The position numbers and the translations under genes were made by a program. The notes beneath the pieces are model-generated. The model did not search any database, was not told where the DNA came from, and saw only the letters and a program-made list of their open reading frames with translations. From positions 2,350,261-2,391,873 of the forward strand of contig NC_069010.1 of assembly GCF_001194135.2 (NCBI RefSeq): a DNA stretch of 41,613 bases. Direction: 5' to 3'. This document shows positions 21,676-33,670 of this stretch, piece after piece (the first letter of the stretch is position 1; every line of letters begins with the position of its first letter). The stretch is from Octopus bimaculoides. Its lineage: Eukaryota.

Positions 21676-24600
21676 CTGAGTCATCCCATAAATAATGCGG
21701 GGTTTTTTTTCAATTTCATGAACTAAAAGTCAGAGGGGGGCAGGATCTGTTGAAAAAATTGCTAAACTTATTTGGCACGGAATGCATGGAGTTATTTAAA
21801 ATGTGGGATATCCCCATAAGTGTTCTCTGTGGAAATATAGTTGGGATGGTCAAAGGTTCAAATGAAGTCGAAGAACTGAGACAGAACGTGCCATTTGCGG
21901 TGATAGACCAGGTCAACAAAGAGCTGGAAAGTCTAGCTATAATTGAGAAAATCAACCTCTCAGACTGGGCAGCACCAACGGTTTGTGTGAAAAAAAAAAG
22001 AATAATAAACTAAGAGTGTGTGCAGATTTCTCAACAAGATTAAATGATTTTAGTCGAACACAACTATCCACTACCAAGCCCAGAAATATTTTCAAAACTA
22101 AATGGAGGGAAAATTTTCTCTAGACCTCTCAGAGGCTTATCTACAGATACAAGTAGAGGAAGATAGGGCACACCTTTTAACTATCAACACATACCGTGAA
22201 TTGTATAAATTCAAGCGGCTTCCTTTTGGAATAAAGGTGACACCTGCTATATTCCAGCAAGTGATGGATGCAATGTTAAATGATTGCGATTTTACTATCA
22301 CATATTTTGATAAAGAGCAAGTCAGTGGAGCAACACTTTGAACACATTGAAAATGTATTCAGAAAAATAAATGAATATGGGTTCAGACTAACAAGAAAAG
22401 TGTGAATTTTTGATGAGAAAAATCAAATATTTGGGTCAAGTAATTGATGAAAACCAGACCCATCAAGGGCTATGACAATATGGAATATGCCTCCTCCAAT
22501 GAACGTCAAAATGCTACAAGTGTTTCTAGGCTTGGTAAACTGCTATCAAGTATATATCCCAAACATACACAATGTAAGAGCTCCACTAAATGAGCTGTTA
22601 AAAAAGGATACTAAATGGTTTTGATCAGAAAAATGCCAGAAGGCATTTGAGGAATTAAAAAGTATTTTAACTTCAGACTTGTCTCTAACACACTTCAGTC
22701 CAAAGTTGGAAACGATATGGACCACAGATGCTAGTGCGTATGGGGTAGGAGCCGTACTCCTACACAAATGTGATGATAGCAGTAGAAAGGCTATAGCTCA
22801 TGCGTCAAGGATGCTGTTGCCAGTGGAAAAAAATTATAGCCAGATTGGAAAAGAGGCATTGGCAATTATATTTGGTATCAAGAAGTTCCACAGGTTTATA
22901 CATGGTAGACATTGCTGACCATTTATGGATCCAAAAAAGGAATTCCAATACATACAGCAAACAGATTACAATGATGGGGCACCATACTACTAAACTATGA
23001 CTACACAATGGAATATTTACCTTTAAAAAAGCTAGGACATGATGACGGCCTTTCCAGGTTAATACCCAAAAATGGCAAACCATCTAAGGATACAATAATA
23101 GTAGCTCTAAGAGCCGAAGATGAAATTAAGAACATAATGTGGAACATTGTACAAGAGTTACCAATAACCGTGGAGGATATAAAGTGAAATGTGTCAAAAG
23201 ATAAGTTCCTAAATGAAAAAAAAAAAAACACTGGTCAACAAATGGAAGTAAAAAAATGGTTTGGTATGAAAAATCACCAATACATAGATATATATTCAAC
23301 ATGTGACAGCTTTCTGATGTATGCCGAAAGGGTAGTAATACCAGAGACACTACAAAAAAGAATGTTGAAAGAATTTCACATTGGACATCCGAGGACCTCA
23401 AGGATGAAAGCACTAATGCAGTTATGTATTGTGGCCAAAGATGGACAAGGAAATTGACAATTTGGTAAAAAGCTGCAGAGGATGTACTCTGGCAGCAAAA
23501 TTGCCTACTAAAAAATGTGAACCTTGACCAGAAGTAAAAATCTCATGGTTGAGACTACACATCGATTTTGTGAGTCCATTGAATGGTTATTACTATTTAG
23601 TAGTAGTTGACAGTTTTACAAAATGGCCTGAAATTGTTAAGTGCAACAGACCGATCTCCCTAACTGTAATGAATTATTTGCAAGATTTGGTATCCCAGAT
23701 GTGATTGTGTCTGATAATGGAGCACAATTTGTGTCCAGTGAATTTAGGAAATGTTCACAGTAGAACATAATGATAGTGCCTTACCATCACAGCTCAAATA
23801 GACAAGCAGAACGTTTTGTAGGTACCTTTAAATAAGCTTTAAGAAAAACAAATAAAGAAGTCACTCTTCAACAATTTTTAAGAGTGTACAGGGTGATACC
23901 AAACCTGAACACCAGCAGGAAGCTTCCAGCAGAACTGGTGTTCACAAGGAAGGTGAAATCAGCTTTTGATAAACTGCTACCTGGTGAGGAAAGAAAAAGT
24001 GCCAGGTAAGACATATCAAAATTTTTCAAAATTGGTGATAGGGTGTACATGCGGTTATATAAAAATGGAAAACAGTACTGGAAAGAAGGCAACATTACAA
24101 AGTATGTAGGTAAAATGATGGATGGGATAAAAAGCAAAAAAGTTATTGAAAAAACGTCATAGAAACCAATGAAAGAAGGAATTCATAGAAAATGAACCAA
24201 ACAGATTGGAAGTAATTATGACACATTCCAGGTACCAACACCATCAGAGGTGGTTGAACCCATGCATACAAGTGGAAGAACACAGAGTTCCTAAAAATAG
24301 ATGCCAAAAAGAAAAAATATTAAGTCGTATAAATATTTTTTAAAAATTCAAAAATGGGAGGTGGGGTGAATATAGTAAAATAAAATTACTTGCTTCCCAA
24401 AAAAGAAAAAAAACTAAAAGGGGAGAAATTGTAGTGGAAATGGTACATCCCCTCCCACAGGATAAGTGGTATGAACCAGCCACTATCAAATGAGATGATG
24501 TCAACCAGTACACAGCAAGTCGTATGTCAGTCATTTTATGAGTCCTCAGTTGGAGTTAAGTGTCAATTAGGTGTTATAGTCGAGTTCGAATCACAGTCAA

Positions 24601-24845
24601 GGTAGAGAGTTCAAAGTCAGTGTCTTGCAGAGCTATCGGCGATAACGCGATAGATGAAGTGGTGTATTACCATTCCAGTATAGAAGAGATAGACTGTGTC
24701 CAATACCAAGAAAATATCGTGGCTACTAGAGTAGATACAACAGCGACAGTCTCAACAGTGGCCACACATTATAACAGGCGTAAAATACCACATCATAACC
24801 ATATAAAAAAAAAAAAAAAACCTCATTATTTATAGGATGACCCAG
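21676..24845. mobile_element. Tc1/mariner-type TIR pair with TA duplication enclosing the Gypsy pol remnant
   Basis: TA(21674-75)-CTGAGTCATCCCATAAATAATGCGG ... CCTCATTATTTATAGGATGACCCAG-TA(24846-47). The TIRs match at 22 of the first 25 nt and are followed by inward T/A runs. Confidence 0.75.
21750..24300 (+). mobile_element. Decayed Ty3/Gypsy pol (end of protease, RT, RNase H, integrase)
   Basis: Motifs across frameshifts: NLFGTECMELFKMWD; VPFA...SDWAAPTVCVKK; LDLSEAYLQI...RLPFGIKVTPAIFQQVMD; TDASAYGVGAVL...NYSQIGKEALAIIFGIKKFH; HIGHP; LHIDF...VVVDSFTKWPE; GIPDVIVSDNGAQF; SNRQAERFV. There are many stops, the YxDD box is damaged, and no gag or matching 5' LTR is seen. Confidence 0.92.
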
Positions 24846-24847
24846 TA

Positions 24848-25829
24848 TATGGCACAATACAGAAAGTGTAGAGAGTCTTACAGTCACCTCCTAGAACCAG
24901 CTCCCAAGTTTTTATTCCAGCATTTTCCATTGTTACTGAATCTTTCACAACTGCTAGCCTTTTCTTGTTTTGCTGTCTTTTGTTCTCGGAACAATGTGGA
25001 AACTATCAGAGATTTCTATTCATATCCAAGTACCCTCTTCCCCAAGACTGCTGTCAGGTTTTGCCATTATTCACCATGTCTTTCACTACTGCCTGCCATA
25101 TCTTCTTCGAACAACATTCCTTTTTGAGTCCATCTTCAAGTCTACCAGAACCTCCTGACCACACCCAGTACCAAATTTCATCCCAGACTTTCCCATCCCT
25201 CACAAAATCTTTATTTTTGTCAGCCTTTTGAGTTTTGGTATTCATTACTCCTTTGCCTCTGCAAAGACAATCAGGTTCCTCAAGTCATTTCTCTTAAGGG
25301 CCAGATCCCAGTTTCATTCCCATTTTTGTCATCGCTCAGATGAACTTACAGTACTAGTCATTCCTACTTTTGAAGTCATTGTTTCTTGAGATGCAATAAA
25401 GACTATCAGACACTTCCAACTTTTGACATCCTTTCTTCAAGTATTTCTTTGAGTTTACCAGAGCCTTTAAATCATCTCCAAGTGCCAGATGCCAAATGTC
25501 ATCCCAGCTTTTACTTTCACTCACAAAATCTTTCACTACTGCCAACCATTTCTTCTTTGGATGTTCTTACTTCTTAGGACCCTGTGGAGAGTAGCAGAAC
25601 CTATCAGCCCTCTCTATCACTTGCCAGGTCACTAGCCTCATCCCAGCTTTTGCCGTCGCTCACAAAATCTTTCACTATCTCTACTCCAAGTCATTTCTTT
25701 TCTGGACATCCTTTCTCCTTGTGACCTTGTGGAAACTACCAAAGCCTTGCAGCCACCTCTATCAAGTGCTAGATCCAAAGCTCAATTCCACTTCTGTTAT
25801 CACTCTAAAAATCTTTCTCTACTACTCTA
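24848..25829 (-). repeat. LINE(RTE)-tail-derived tandem array, right part (about 7 degenerate units of about 130-150 bp)
   Basis: Minus-strand units translate as GCPKKKWLAVVKDFVS-x-SKSWD-x-IW-x-LAL, KDFVRDGKVWDEIW and LDLALDRGGCKALVVST. Confidence 0.6.
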
Positions 25830-26141
25830 GGCGTAGGAGTGGGTGTGTGGTAAGTAGCTTGCTTACCAACCACATGGTCCCGGGTTCAGTCCCACTGCGT
25901 GGCATCTTGGGCAAGTGTCTTCTACTATAGCCTCGGGCCGACCAAAGCCTTGTGAGTGGATTTGGTAGACGGAAACTGAAAGAAGCCCGTCATATATATG
26001 TATGTGTTTGTTCCCCCAACATCGCTTGACAACCGATGCTGGTGTGTTTATGTCCCCGTAACTTAGCGGTTTGGCAAAAAGAGACCGATAGAATAAGTAC
26101 TAGGCTTCTAAAGAATAAGTCCTGGGGTCGATTTGCTCGAC
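25830..26141 (+). mobile_element. SINE family A, young near-full copy running into a gap
   Basis: tRNA-like A/B boxes (gtgtggtaag, ggttcagtccc) and intact CpGs. Confidence 0.9.
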
Positions 26142-26815
26142 NNNNNNNNNNNNNNNNNNNNNNNNNNNNNNNNNNNNNNNNNNNNNNNNNNNNNNNNNNN
26201 NNNNNNNNNNNNNNNNNNNNNNNNNNNNNNNNNNNNNNNNNNNNNNNNNNNNNNNNNNNNNNNNNNNNNNNNNNNNNNNNNNNNNNNNNNNNNNNNNNNN
26301 NNNNNNNNNNNNNNNNNNNNNNNNNNNNNNNNNNNNNNNNNNNNNNNNNNNNNNNNNNNNNNNNNNNNNNNNNNNNNNNNNNNNNNNNNNNNNNNNNNNN
26401 NNNNNNNNNNNNNNNNNNNNNNNNNNNNNNNNNNNNNNNNNNNNNNNNNNNNNNNNNNNNNNNNNNNNNNNNNNNNNNNNNNNNNNNNNNNNNNNNNNNN
26501 NNNNNNNNNNNNNNNNNNNNNNNNNNNNNNNNNNNNNNNNNNNNNNNNNNNNNNNNNNNNNNNNNNNNNNNNNNNNNNNNNNNNNNNNNNNNNNNNNNNN
26601 NNNNNNNNNNNNNNNNNNNNNNNNNNNNNNNNNNNNNNNNNNNNNNNNNNNNNNNNNNNNNNNNNNNNNNNNNNNNNNNNNNNNNNNNNNNNNNNNNNNN
26701 NNNNNNNNNNNNNNNNNNNNNNNNNNNNNNNNNNNNNNNNNNNNNNNNNNNNNNNNNNNNNNNNNNNNNNNNNNNNNNNNNNNNNNNNNNNNNNNNNNNN
26801 NNNNNNNNNNNNNNN

Positions 26816-27100
26816 ACAGACACGTGTACCCTTAACGTAGATCTCGGGGGATATTCAGCGTGACACAGTGTGACAAGGCTGACCCTTTGAATTACAGGCA
26901 CAACAGAAACAGGAAGTAAGAGTGAGAGAAAGTTGTGGTGGAAGAGTACAGCAGGGTTCGCCACCATCCCCTGCTGGAGCCTCGTGGAGCTTTAGGTGTT
27001 TTCGCTCAATAAACACTCACAACGCCCGGTCTGGGAATCGAAACCACGATCCTATGACTGCGAGTCCGCTGCCCTGACCACTGGGCCATTGCGCCTCCAC
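26816..27100 (-). mobile_element. tRNA-derived SINE family B, 5' part
   Basis: Same sequence as 31790-32176 and 37386-37770. Confidence 0.85.
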
Positions 27101-27543
27101 TGACTTATCATGTATGAAAGCCCTTATCTTCATAGTATTCCTACATTGGTGACACAGTCTCTGTACAAAATGAGACAAAATTTGGCATTTAGGATTTTTC
27201 ACACAGATGTATACTGGTTACAGCTGAGAGAGTGAATAGGGAATGCTATTTCAATGTGAGTATACATGGACATAAATTAATTCCAGCACATAAGGTCGAG
27301 AGTTCAATTCCTGGCAACGCACTGTGTCCTTGAGCAAGACACTTTATTTCACATTGCTCCAGTCCACTCGACCGGCAAAAACGAGTAGTATCTGCATTTC
27401 AACGGGGCCAGCCTTGTCACATTCTGTGTCATGCTGAATTTCCCTGAGAAATATGTTAAGGGTACAATTTTTCTGTGGAGCACTCAGCCTCTTTAACATT
27501 AATTTCACGAGGGAGCTATTCTGTTGATCATATNNNNNNNNNN

Positions 27544-27583
<40 letters not shown>

Positions 27584-27593
27584 CATACATACA

Positions 27594-27629
<36 letters not shown>

Positions 27630-27656
27630 TAATGTATGTATGTTTATATATATGTG

Positions 27657-27687
<31 letters not shown>

Positions 27688-27708
27688 ATACATACATACA
27701 TATATATA

Positions 27709-27893
27709 TGGTGGTGGTGGTGGTGGTGGTTTCAGGAGTGATGGTAATAGTTGTGATGGTGGTAGTGACGGTAATGGTTGTTGACATTGGTGGTGGTTGC
27801 GGTAGTAGTGATCGTGGTGATGGTGGTGTTTCAAGAGGTGGTGGTGTTGGCACTATTGGTGCTGATTGTGGTGGAGATAGCAGGAGTAATGGC

Positions 27894-27948
<55 letters not shown>

Positions 27949-28365
27949 ATGGTGGTGGTGGTGGTGGTGGTGATAACAGTAGCAGTGGTGGTGATGGTGG
28001 TAGCAGTGGTGGTGGTAATAGCAGTGGTGGTGGTGGTGGTGATGGTGATAGCAGTAGCAGTAGTGATGGTGGTAGCAGCGGTGGTGGTGGTGGTGATGGT
28101 GATGGCAGTAGCAGTGGTGGCGGTGGTGGTGGTGATAGCAGTAGTGGTGGTGGTGGTGATGGTGATAGCAGTAGCAGTGGTGGTGTTAGTGGTGGTGGTG
28201 ATAGCAGTAGCAGTAGCGGTGGTGTTGGTAGAGGCAAAAGTGACAGTGGTGGTGGTGGCGGTGGCGGTGGTAGTGGTGGTTTTGTTAGGAGAGGCTGTGG
28301 TGGTGGCAGTAGTGGTTGTGGTGGTAGTTGTTACCATCACAGTAACAGTAACAACAACAAGCAGC
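27709..28365. repeat. (GGT)/(AGT)/(AGC) trinucleotide mosaic
   Basis: Seen directly. It yields poly-G/S, poly-V, poly-P and poly-T ORFs in several frames. Confidence 0.9.
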
Positions 28366-28439
28366 AGATCTTTCCAAAGATGACTCACTTAGCAACAAGT
28401 CAGCTGATGCTGATAGCCATGTTTTTCTTCCCCCTATTT

Positions 28440-29905
28440 TGCATATGTGTGTGTGTGTGTGTATGTTTGTATATATGTGTGTATCGATGTTTGTGTATAT
28501 GTGTGTGTGCGTGTATGTTTGTGTATATGCATGTGTGCTTGAATTTATATGCATAAAAGTGTGTGTGTGTCTATATGTGTGCATATGACTGTATGTGTAT
28601 GACCGTAAGCATATGATTGTGTGTGTGTGTGTGTGTGAGTGTCTGTGTGTGCATGTGTGTATATATGTATGCGTGTTTGTATTTACGTGTATGACAGTAT
28701 GTGTGTGTAATACTGTGTGTATGCATGTTTGTGTATATGCGTATGTGTATGACTGTGTGTGTGAGTGAGAGTGTCTATGTGTATGCGTGTTTGTATTTAC
28801 GTGTATGACAGTATGTGTGTGTGTGTGTGTGTGTGTATTACTGTGTGTATGCATGTTTGTGTATATGCGTATATGTATGTGTATGCATATTTGTATTTAT
28901 GTGTATGATTCTGTGTGCGTGTGTGAGTGAGAGTGTCTATGTGTGTGTGTGTATATGTGTATGCGTGTATACATGTATGCGTGTTTGTATTTATGTGTAT
29001 GACAGTGTGTGTATGCATATTTGTGTATAAATGTGTATGCATATATGTATGCGTGTTTGTGTTTATGTGTATGACAGTAAGTGTGTGTGAATGAGTGTGT
29101 GTATGCATGTTTGCGTATAAGTGTGTATGCATTTGTATTTATGCGTATGACAGTGTGTGTGTGTGTGTGTGTGATATGACTGTTTGGGTATGGCTGTCGG
29201 TGTATGACTGTGTGTATATGACCTGTATATATGTATGTATACATATACACATGTGACTTGTGTATATGATCAGTGTATATGTATGTATATGTGTATGCAC
29301 GTTTGCATTTATGTGTATGACAGTGTGTATATATCTATGTGCATGTGTACAATTGTGTAGATGTGTGTGTGTTTGTATTTATGTGTGCAACTGTGTGTGT
29401 ATATTTGTGTGTGGTTGCATCTGAGTTTGTGCATGAGTTTGTTTGTATGCATGTCTCTGTATATGTGCATGCATATGTATATACATGTTTGTATTTGTGT
29501 ATGACTGTATGCATATATATATACATATGTGTGTGTGTGTGTATGTATGTAATTGTATGCGTATGTATATTTGTATGTATGTGTATGTCTGTACATGTAT
29601 ATATGTGAGTGTGATCGTGTGTATATGTATGCATGTGTATATGTGTGTGTGTAAGTGTGTGTATGTCTGTGCTTGTATGAGTATGTATGTATGTGTATGT
29701 ATAACAGTGTATATATCTGTGTATGACTGTGAATTTATGTGTGTATGTAGGTGTATGGGTATAACTGTCTATTCTGTGTATGTGCATGCATCTATTTGTG
29801 TATGTGTATATGCATGTATGTTTCTGTATGACAGATTGTATATGCAGCTGCATATATGTGTATAACAGTGCATATACTTCTATATATGTGTATAACATAT
29901 ATATA
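28440..29905. repeat. Degenerate (TG)/(TATG) satellite with higher-order units
   Basis: Recurrent gtgtatgcgtgtttgtatttacgtgtatgacag unit. Confidence 0.85.
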
Positions 29906-31067
29906 TAGGCGCAGGAGTGGCTGTGTGGTAAGTAGCTTGCATACCANNNNNNNNNNNNNNNNNNNNNNNNNNNNNNNNNNNNNNNNNNNNNNNNNNNNNN
30001 NNNNNNNNNNNNNNNNNNNNNNNNNNNNNNNNNNNNNNNNNNNNNNCTATGACCGCGAGTCCGCTGTCCTAACCACTGGGCCATTGCGCCTCCACCCACA
30101 ATGTTATACACGAATATTAAATCTACTCCAGTATTTCATTGGTAGTTTATTTCACCGACCGTCCCACAATTGACTTCAGCAAGATTTGAACACAGAATGT
30201 AAAGAGCCGGTACAAACATTTTTGTCCAACTTTCTACTGATCCACTACCTCAAAAATTTTTGATAACAGTTAACAAGTTGAAAGGAAGAAATAAGCGAAA
30301 TTAAGAGGCGAAAATTGTTAGATGAAAAACGAAGTTGTTAGTTGAGGTACACCCGAAATACGAACTTCTATTGTCTTTCAATTGAATTCTATTTCTATTG
30401 ATGATGCTTTATTGGAATATTAAATCGATTTCAGTATTTGATTGGTACTTTATTTCATCGAACCCCAGAAGGATAGAAGACAAAGTCGACCTCGGCGATA
30501 TTTGTACACAGAACGAAAGAAAAACCAGACCAAATTTTGAAAGGATTTTTTCTTTATTTTTTTCCAACAAAATTTAAAACCTGAAATTATTTACGTGAAA
30601 AACGAAACAATTCGTTTAGGTGCATATGAAAAATGAAATCATATTAGCGCCCGAAAGACGAACCTATCTTAGTCTTCCAGCATTATTCCATTCTCATCTA
30701 GGATGTTTTATAGGAATATTAAAATCTATTCTAATACTTGACTAGTACTTTATTTTATCACCCCCGGAAAGATGAAAGGCAAAGTTAATCTCGGCAGGAT
30801 TTGAACTCGGAACTAGAATTAAAAGCAGGTTCGATCGGTGTCCGATCGGTGTTTGATCCTTGAATGCTGGTTAGATTCTGAAGAGGGGACTTTTTATTTA
30901 TAATTATTTCACAGCGAGACTTTGTATATGAGATTTAGTGTATCTGTTATACATACATATATATATATTAGATACTAAATATACGTAATGTAGAGAACTC
31001 TTCTGTGTGGGACGAATAGATTACAACAGCAGCTGTTTTGTGCCAGAGCAGAGGAAAAGGCTTCATT

Positions 31068-31070
31068 ATG
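31068..31070 (+). CDS. RABGGTA: RABGGTA candidate first coding exon (ATG only)
   Basis: cttcattATG|GTGAGT is a strong donor immediately after an ATG. The next exon starts at codon 2 (His) in phase 0, so an ATG-terminal exon is required. The true one could instead lie in the 33796-34381 gap. Confidence 0.55.
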
Positions 31071-31789
31071 GTGAGTTGGTGTATATAATGTATATAGAAA
31101 CTTTGTTTATTGTTACATATTTTCTGTATTTTACAACTTCAGTTACCTTCATATGCAGTCTAGAATGAATTTAGGATATTGCTGATATACATGGCAAGGA
31201 ACGACAGACAAATCATTGAGTTTAATTTCTCTTCTTTCTGTAATTAGGGTGTGTTAAGGTAAATTCGTGTTCAGGCTTTATCGTCACATCTTTCTGCATT
31301 TTTTAAACCTTCAAATAGCTTGATATACGGTCTAGAATGGGTTTGGGATTCTGTTAGTATTTAGTAGAGCAACATATGTTTTCAAAATAGAAAAAAACCC
31401 CCAAAAACATTTAGTTAATTAACTTTAATTACGCTTCTTTCTGTAATTAGGGTGGATTCTGTATGACGAGTTCATTTGCGAGAACTTCGTTTATTGTCAC
31501 ATAGTTCTGTATTCCACGCCCTCATTTAGTATAGAGTCTAAGGTGGGTTTAGGGTACTGTAGGTACAAAAAAAAATCATTAAGTTTAATTATATCAGTTT
31601 CTTTTATTAGAGTGCGTATAGAGAATGCATCAGAAAAGTGGTTGATAAATAGCTAGAATGATTTTAAGTTTAAGGATGCTGAATCTGGAAGAGTGTGCGT
31701 AATTTAAGGCTCAACAATTGCCAGCTAAATATCGACACAATAACTAGTATTCACCAAACGTATTTTACATTAAATATTCCTACTGTATT

Positions 31790-32176
31790 TGTTGGCACTC
31801 CGTCGCTTACGACGACGAGGGTTCCAGCTGATCCGATCAACGGAACAGCCTGCTCGTGAAATTAACGTGCAAGTGGCTGAACACTCCACAGACACGTGTA
31901 CCCTTAACGTAGTTCTCGGGGAGATTCAGCGTGACACAGAGTGTAACAAGGCTGGTCCTTTTGAAAATACAGGTACAACAGAAACAGGAAGAAAGAGTGA
32001 GAGAAAGTTGTGGTGGAAGAGTACAGCAGGGTTCGCCACCATCCCCTGCCGGAGCCTCGTGGAGCTTTTAGGTGTTTTCGCTCAATGAACACTCACAACG
32101 CCCGGTCTGGGAATCGAAACTGCGATCCTATGACCGTGAGTCCGCTGCCCTAACCACTGGGCCATTGCACCTCCAC
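31790..32176 (-). mobile_element. SINE family B, full length with TSD
   Basis: Flanked by cctactgtatt (31779-31789) and ccgactgtatt (32177-32187). Confidence 0.88.
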
Positions 32177-32440
32177 CCGACTGTATTAATTANNNNNNNN
32201 NNNNNNNNNNNNNNNNNNNNNNNNNNNNNNNNNNNNNNNNNNNNNNNNNNNNNNNNNNNNNNNNNNNNNNNNNNNNNNNNNNNNNNNNNNNNNNNNNNNN
32301 NNNNNNNNNNNNNNNNNNNNNNNNNNNNNNNNNNNNNNNNNNNNNNNNNNNNNNNNNNNNNNNNNNNNNNNNNNNNNNNNNNNNNNNNNNNNNNNNNNNN
32401 NNNNNNNNNNNNNNNNNNNNNNNNNNNNNNNNNNNNNNNN

Positions 32441-32635
32441 CAGCACGGTCCCTAACGCGCAGTCGCTAGCTAGTCTTGAGTGGTCGATCCTAACCCTAAC
32501 CCTATCCCTAACCCTAACCCTAACCCTAACCCTAACCCGCGTGTGCAAATGAATACGTGTTTAGGATTAGGGTTAGGATCGACCACTCACGACTAGCTAG
32601 CCCGGACGCGCGACTGCGCGTTCGGGACCGTGCTG
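32441..32635. mobile_element. Fold-back/MITE-like element with internal telomeric repeats
   Basis: GC-rich inverted arms enclose about 8 CCCTAA units (32489-32538) and ttaggattagggttagg (32561-32577). The left end abuts a gap. Confidence 0.7.
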
Positions 32636-33587
32636 CTTTAGTAGTACCCGACTTAACTGCTTCCCCGAAATTGTTTGGTCTTATGCCAAAATTTGAAATC
32701 AGTATAATAATCTGACAGAATTTTTATTGTTTTTTTTTATCAATTTCGTTAAATGTTTTCATTAAATTTCTTTAAATGTTTTCCTTGTAAAAAGCAGTAA
32801 TGACACAAAAAAATGGAAATTATAAGTACCCTGACCCCCTGGTATAGAGACTTCATTTATTATCACATATTTCAGCATTTCGCACGTTAAACTAGCTGGG
32901 TACAACAGTCCAGAGGGATGTACTGGCATAGCATATATATATATAGCAGAACAAGTTTTATTATAAAAATACAAATAAACAGAACCACTTGAAGTTTATT
33001 TACTCCTCTTTCTGTAATTATTGTGGGTTAGAGAGAATTCGTGTAGAAACTTCGTTTAGTTATCGCATAGTTTTCTATTTCACATCTTCCCGTAACTGGA
33101 AATACATACAGTCTAGAACAGGGTAAGGAATCTACTGGTATATAACAAGGAAAGATTTATTATATTAAAAAAAAAAGTGAGGAAGAAACACATAATTGAA
33201 TTTAATTGCACCTCTTTCTGTAATTAGGGTGGGTTATGTATGATGAATGTAACTGCATGGCCTAGTATTTGGGGTGTTACATGTTCGTGATCGTATGATT
33301 GTGGCTTCGATCTTTGGACCGGGCAGTGCGTTGTGTTCTTGAGCAAAGCACTTTATTTCACCTGGTTCCAATCCGCTCAGCTTTAAATGAATCCCGTTCT
33401 GGGGGAGTTTTGTAACTCAGTCACTTAACACGTCATGGAAAACGAATTAAGCTTCGGCTTTATGAGTTTTAGAGCTCATGGCAGATTTAATGTACGCTGA
33501 GTTTCTGCATAATCTTCGTTTATTATATAGTGTAGTGACACCTTATAGCAGACGACTGTTATATGTTCAATGTCCGGAGTTTTATCC

Positions 33588-33670
33588 ACGCATGCGCAGG
33601 GACTAGTTCCGGAAGGAATACAGGAAGAGTCTCATGCGCATGCGTAGAGTTCAACACCCAGTTTTGGCGC
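33588..33670. promoter_or_regulatory. Housekeeping-promoter-like motif cluster (NRF1 x2, ETS, E2F-like)
   Basis: ACGCATGCGCA 33588-33598, CCGGAAG 33609-33615, ATGCGCATGCGT 33634-33645 and TTTTGGCGC 33662-33670, in locally CpG-rich non-SINE sequence. Confidence 0.5.

Noticed and set aside
24417-24742. Possible Gypsy PPT and 3' LTR (aaaaggggagaaa-t-TGTAG ... TACAACA)
   Set aside because: There is no second LTR copy to confirm the ends, several alternative starts exist, and part may be mariner internal sequence.
25830-25905. tRNA-like A/B boxes here and at other SINE heads
   Set aside because: They continue into SINE bodies and lack a full cloverleaf and terminator, so they are not tRNA genes.
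27636-28556. Long Gly/Ser-, Val-, Pro- and Thr-rich ORFs
   Set aside because: They are open in several frames on both strands because of trinucleotide repeats. The starts lie in (TA)n tracts and there are no convincing splice sites.
28285-29905. HTHT/CVCV/YIYI ORFs (also at 3176-3555 and elsewhere)
   Set aside because: Translations of dinucleotide microsatellites.
32489-32577. True telomere or telomere-fusion scar
   Set aside because: The tracts are short, internal, enclosed by non-telomeric inverted arms, and in the opposite orientation to a fusion.
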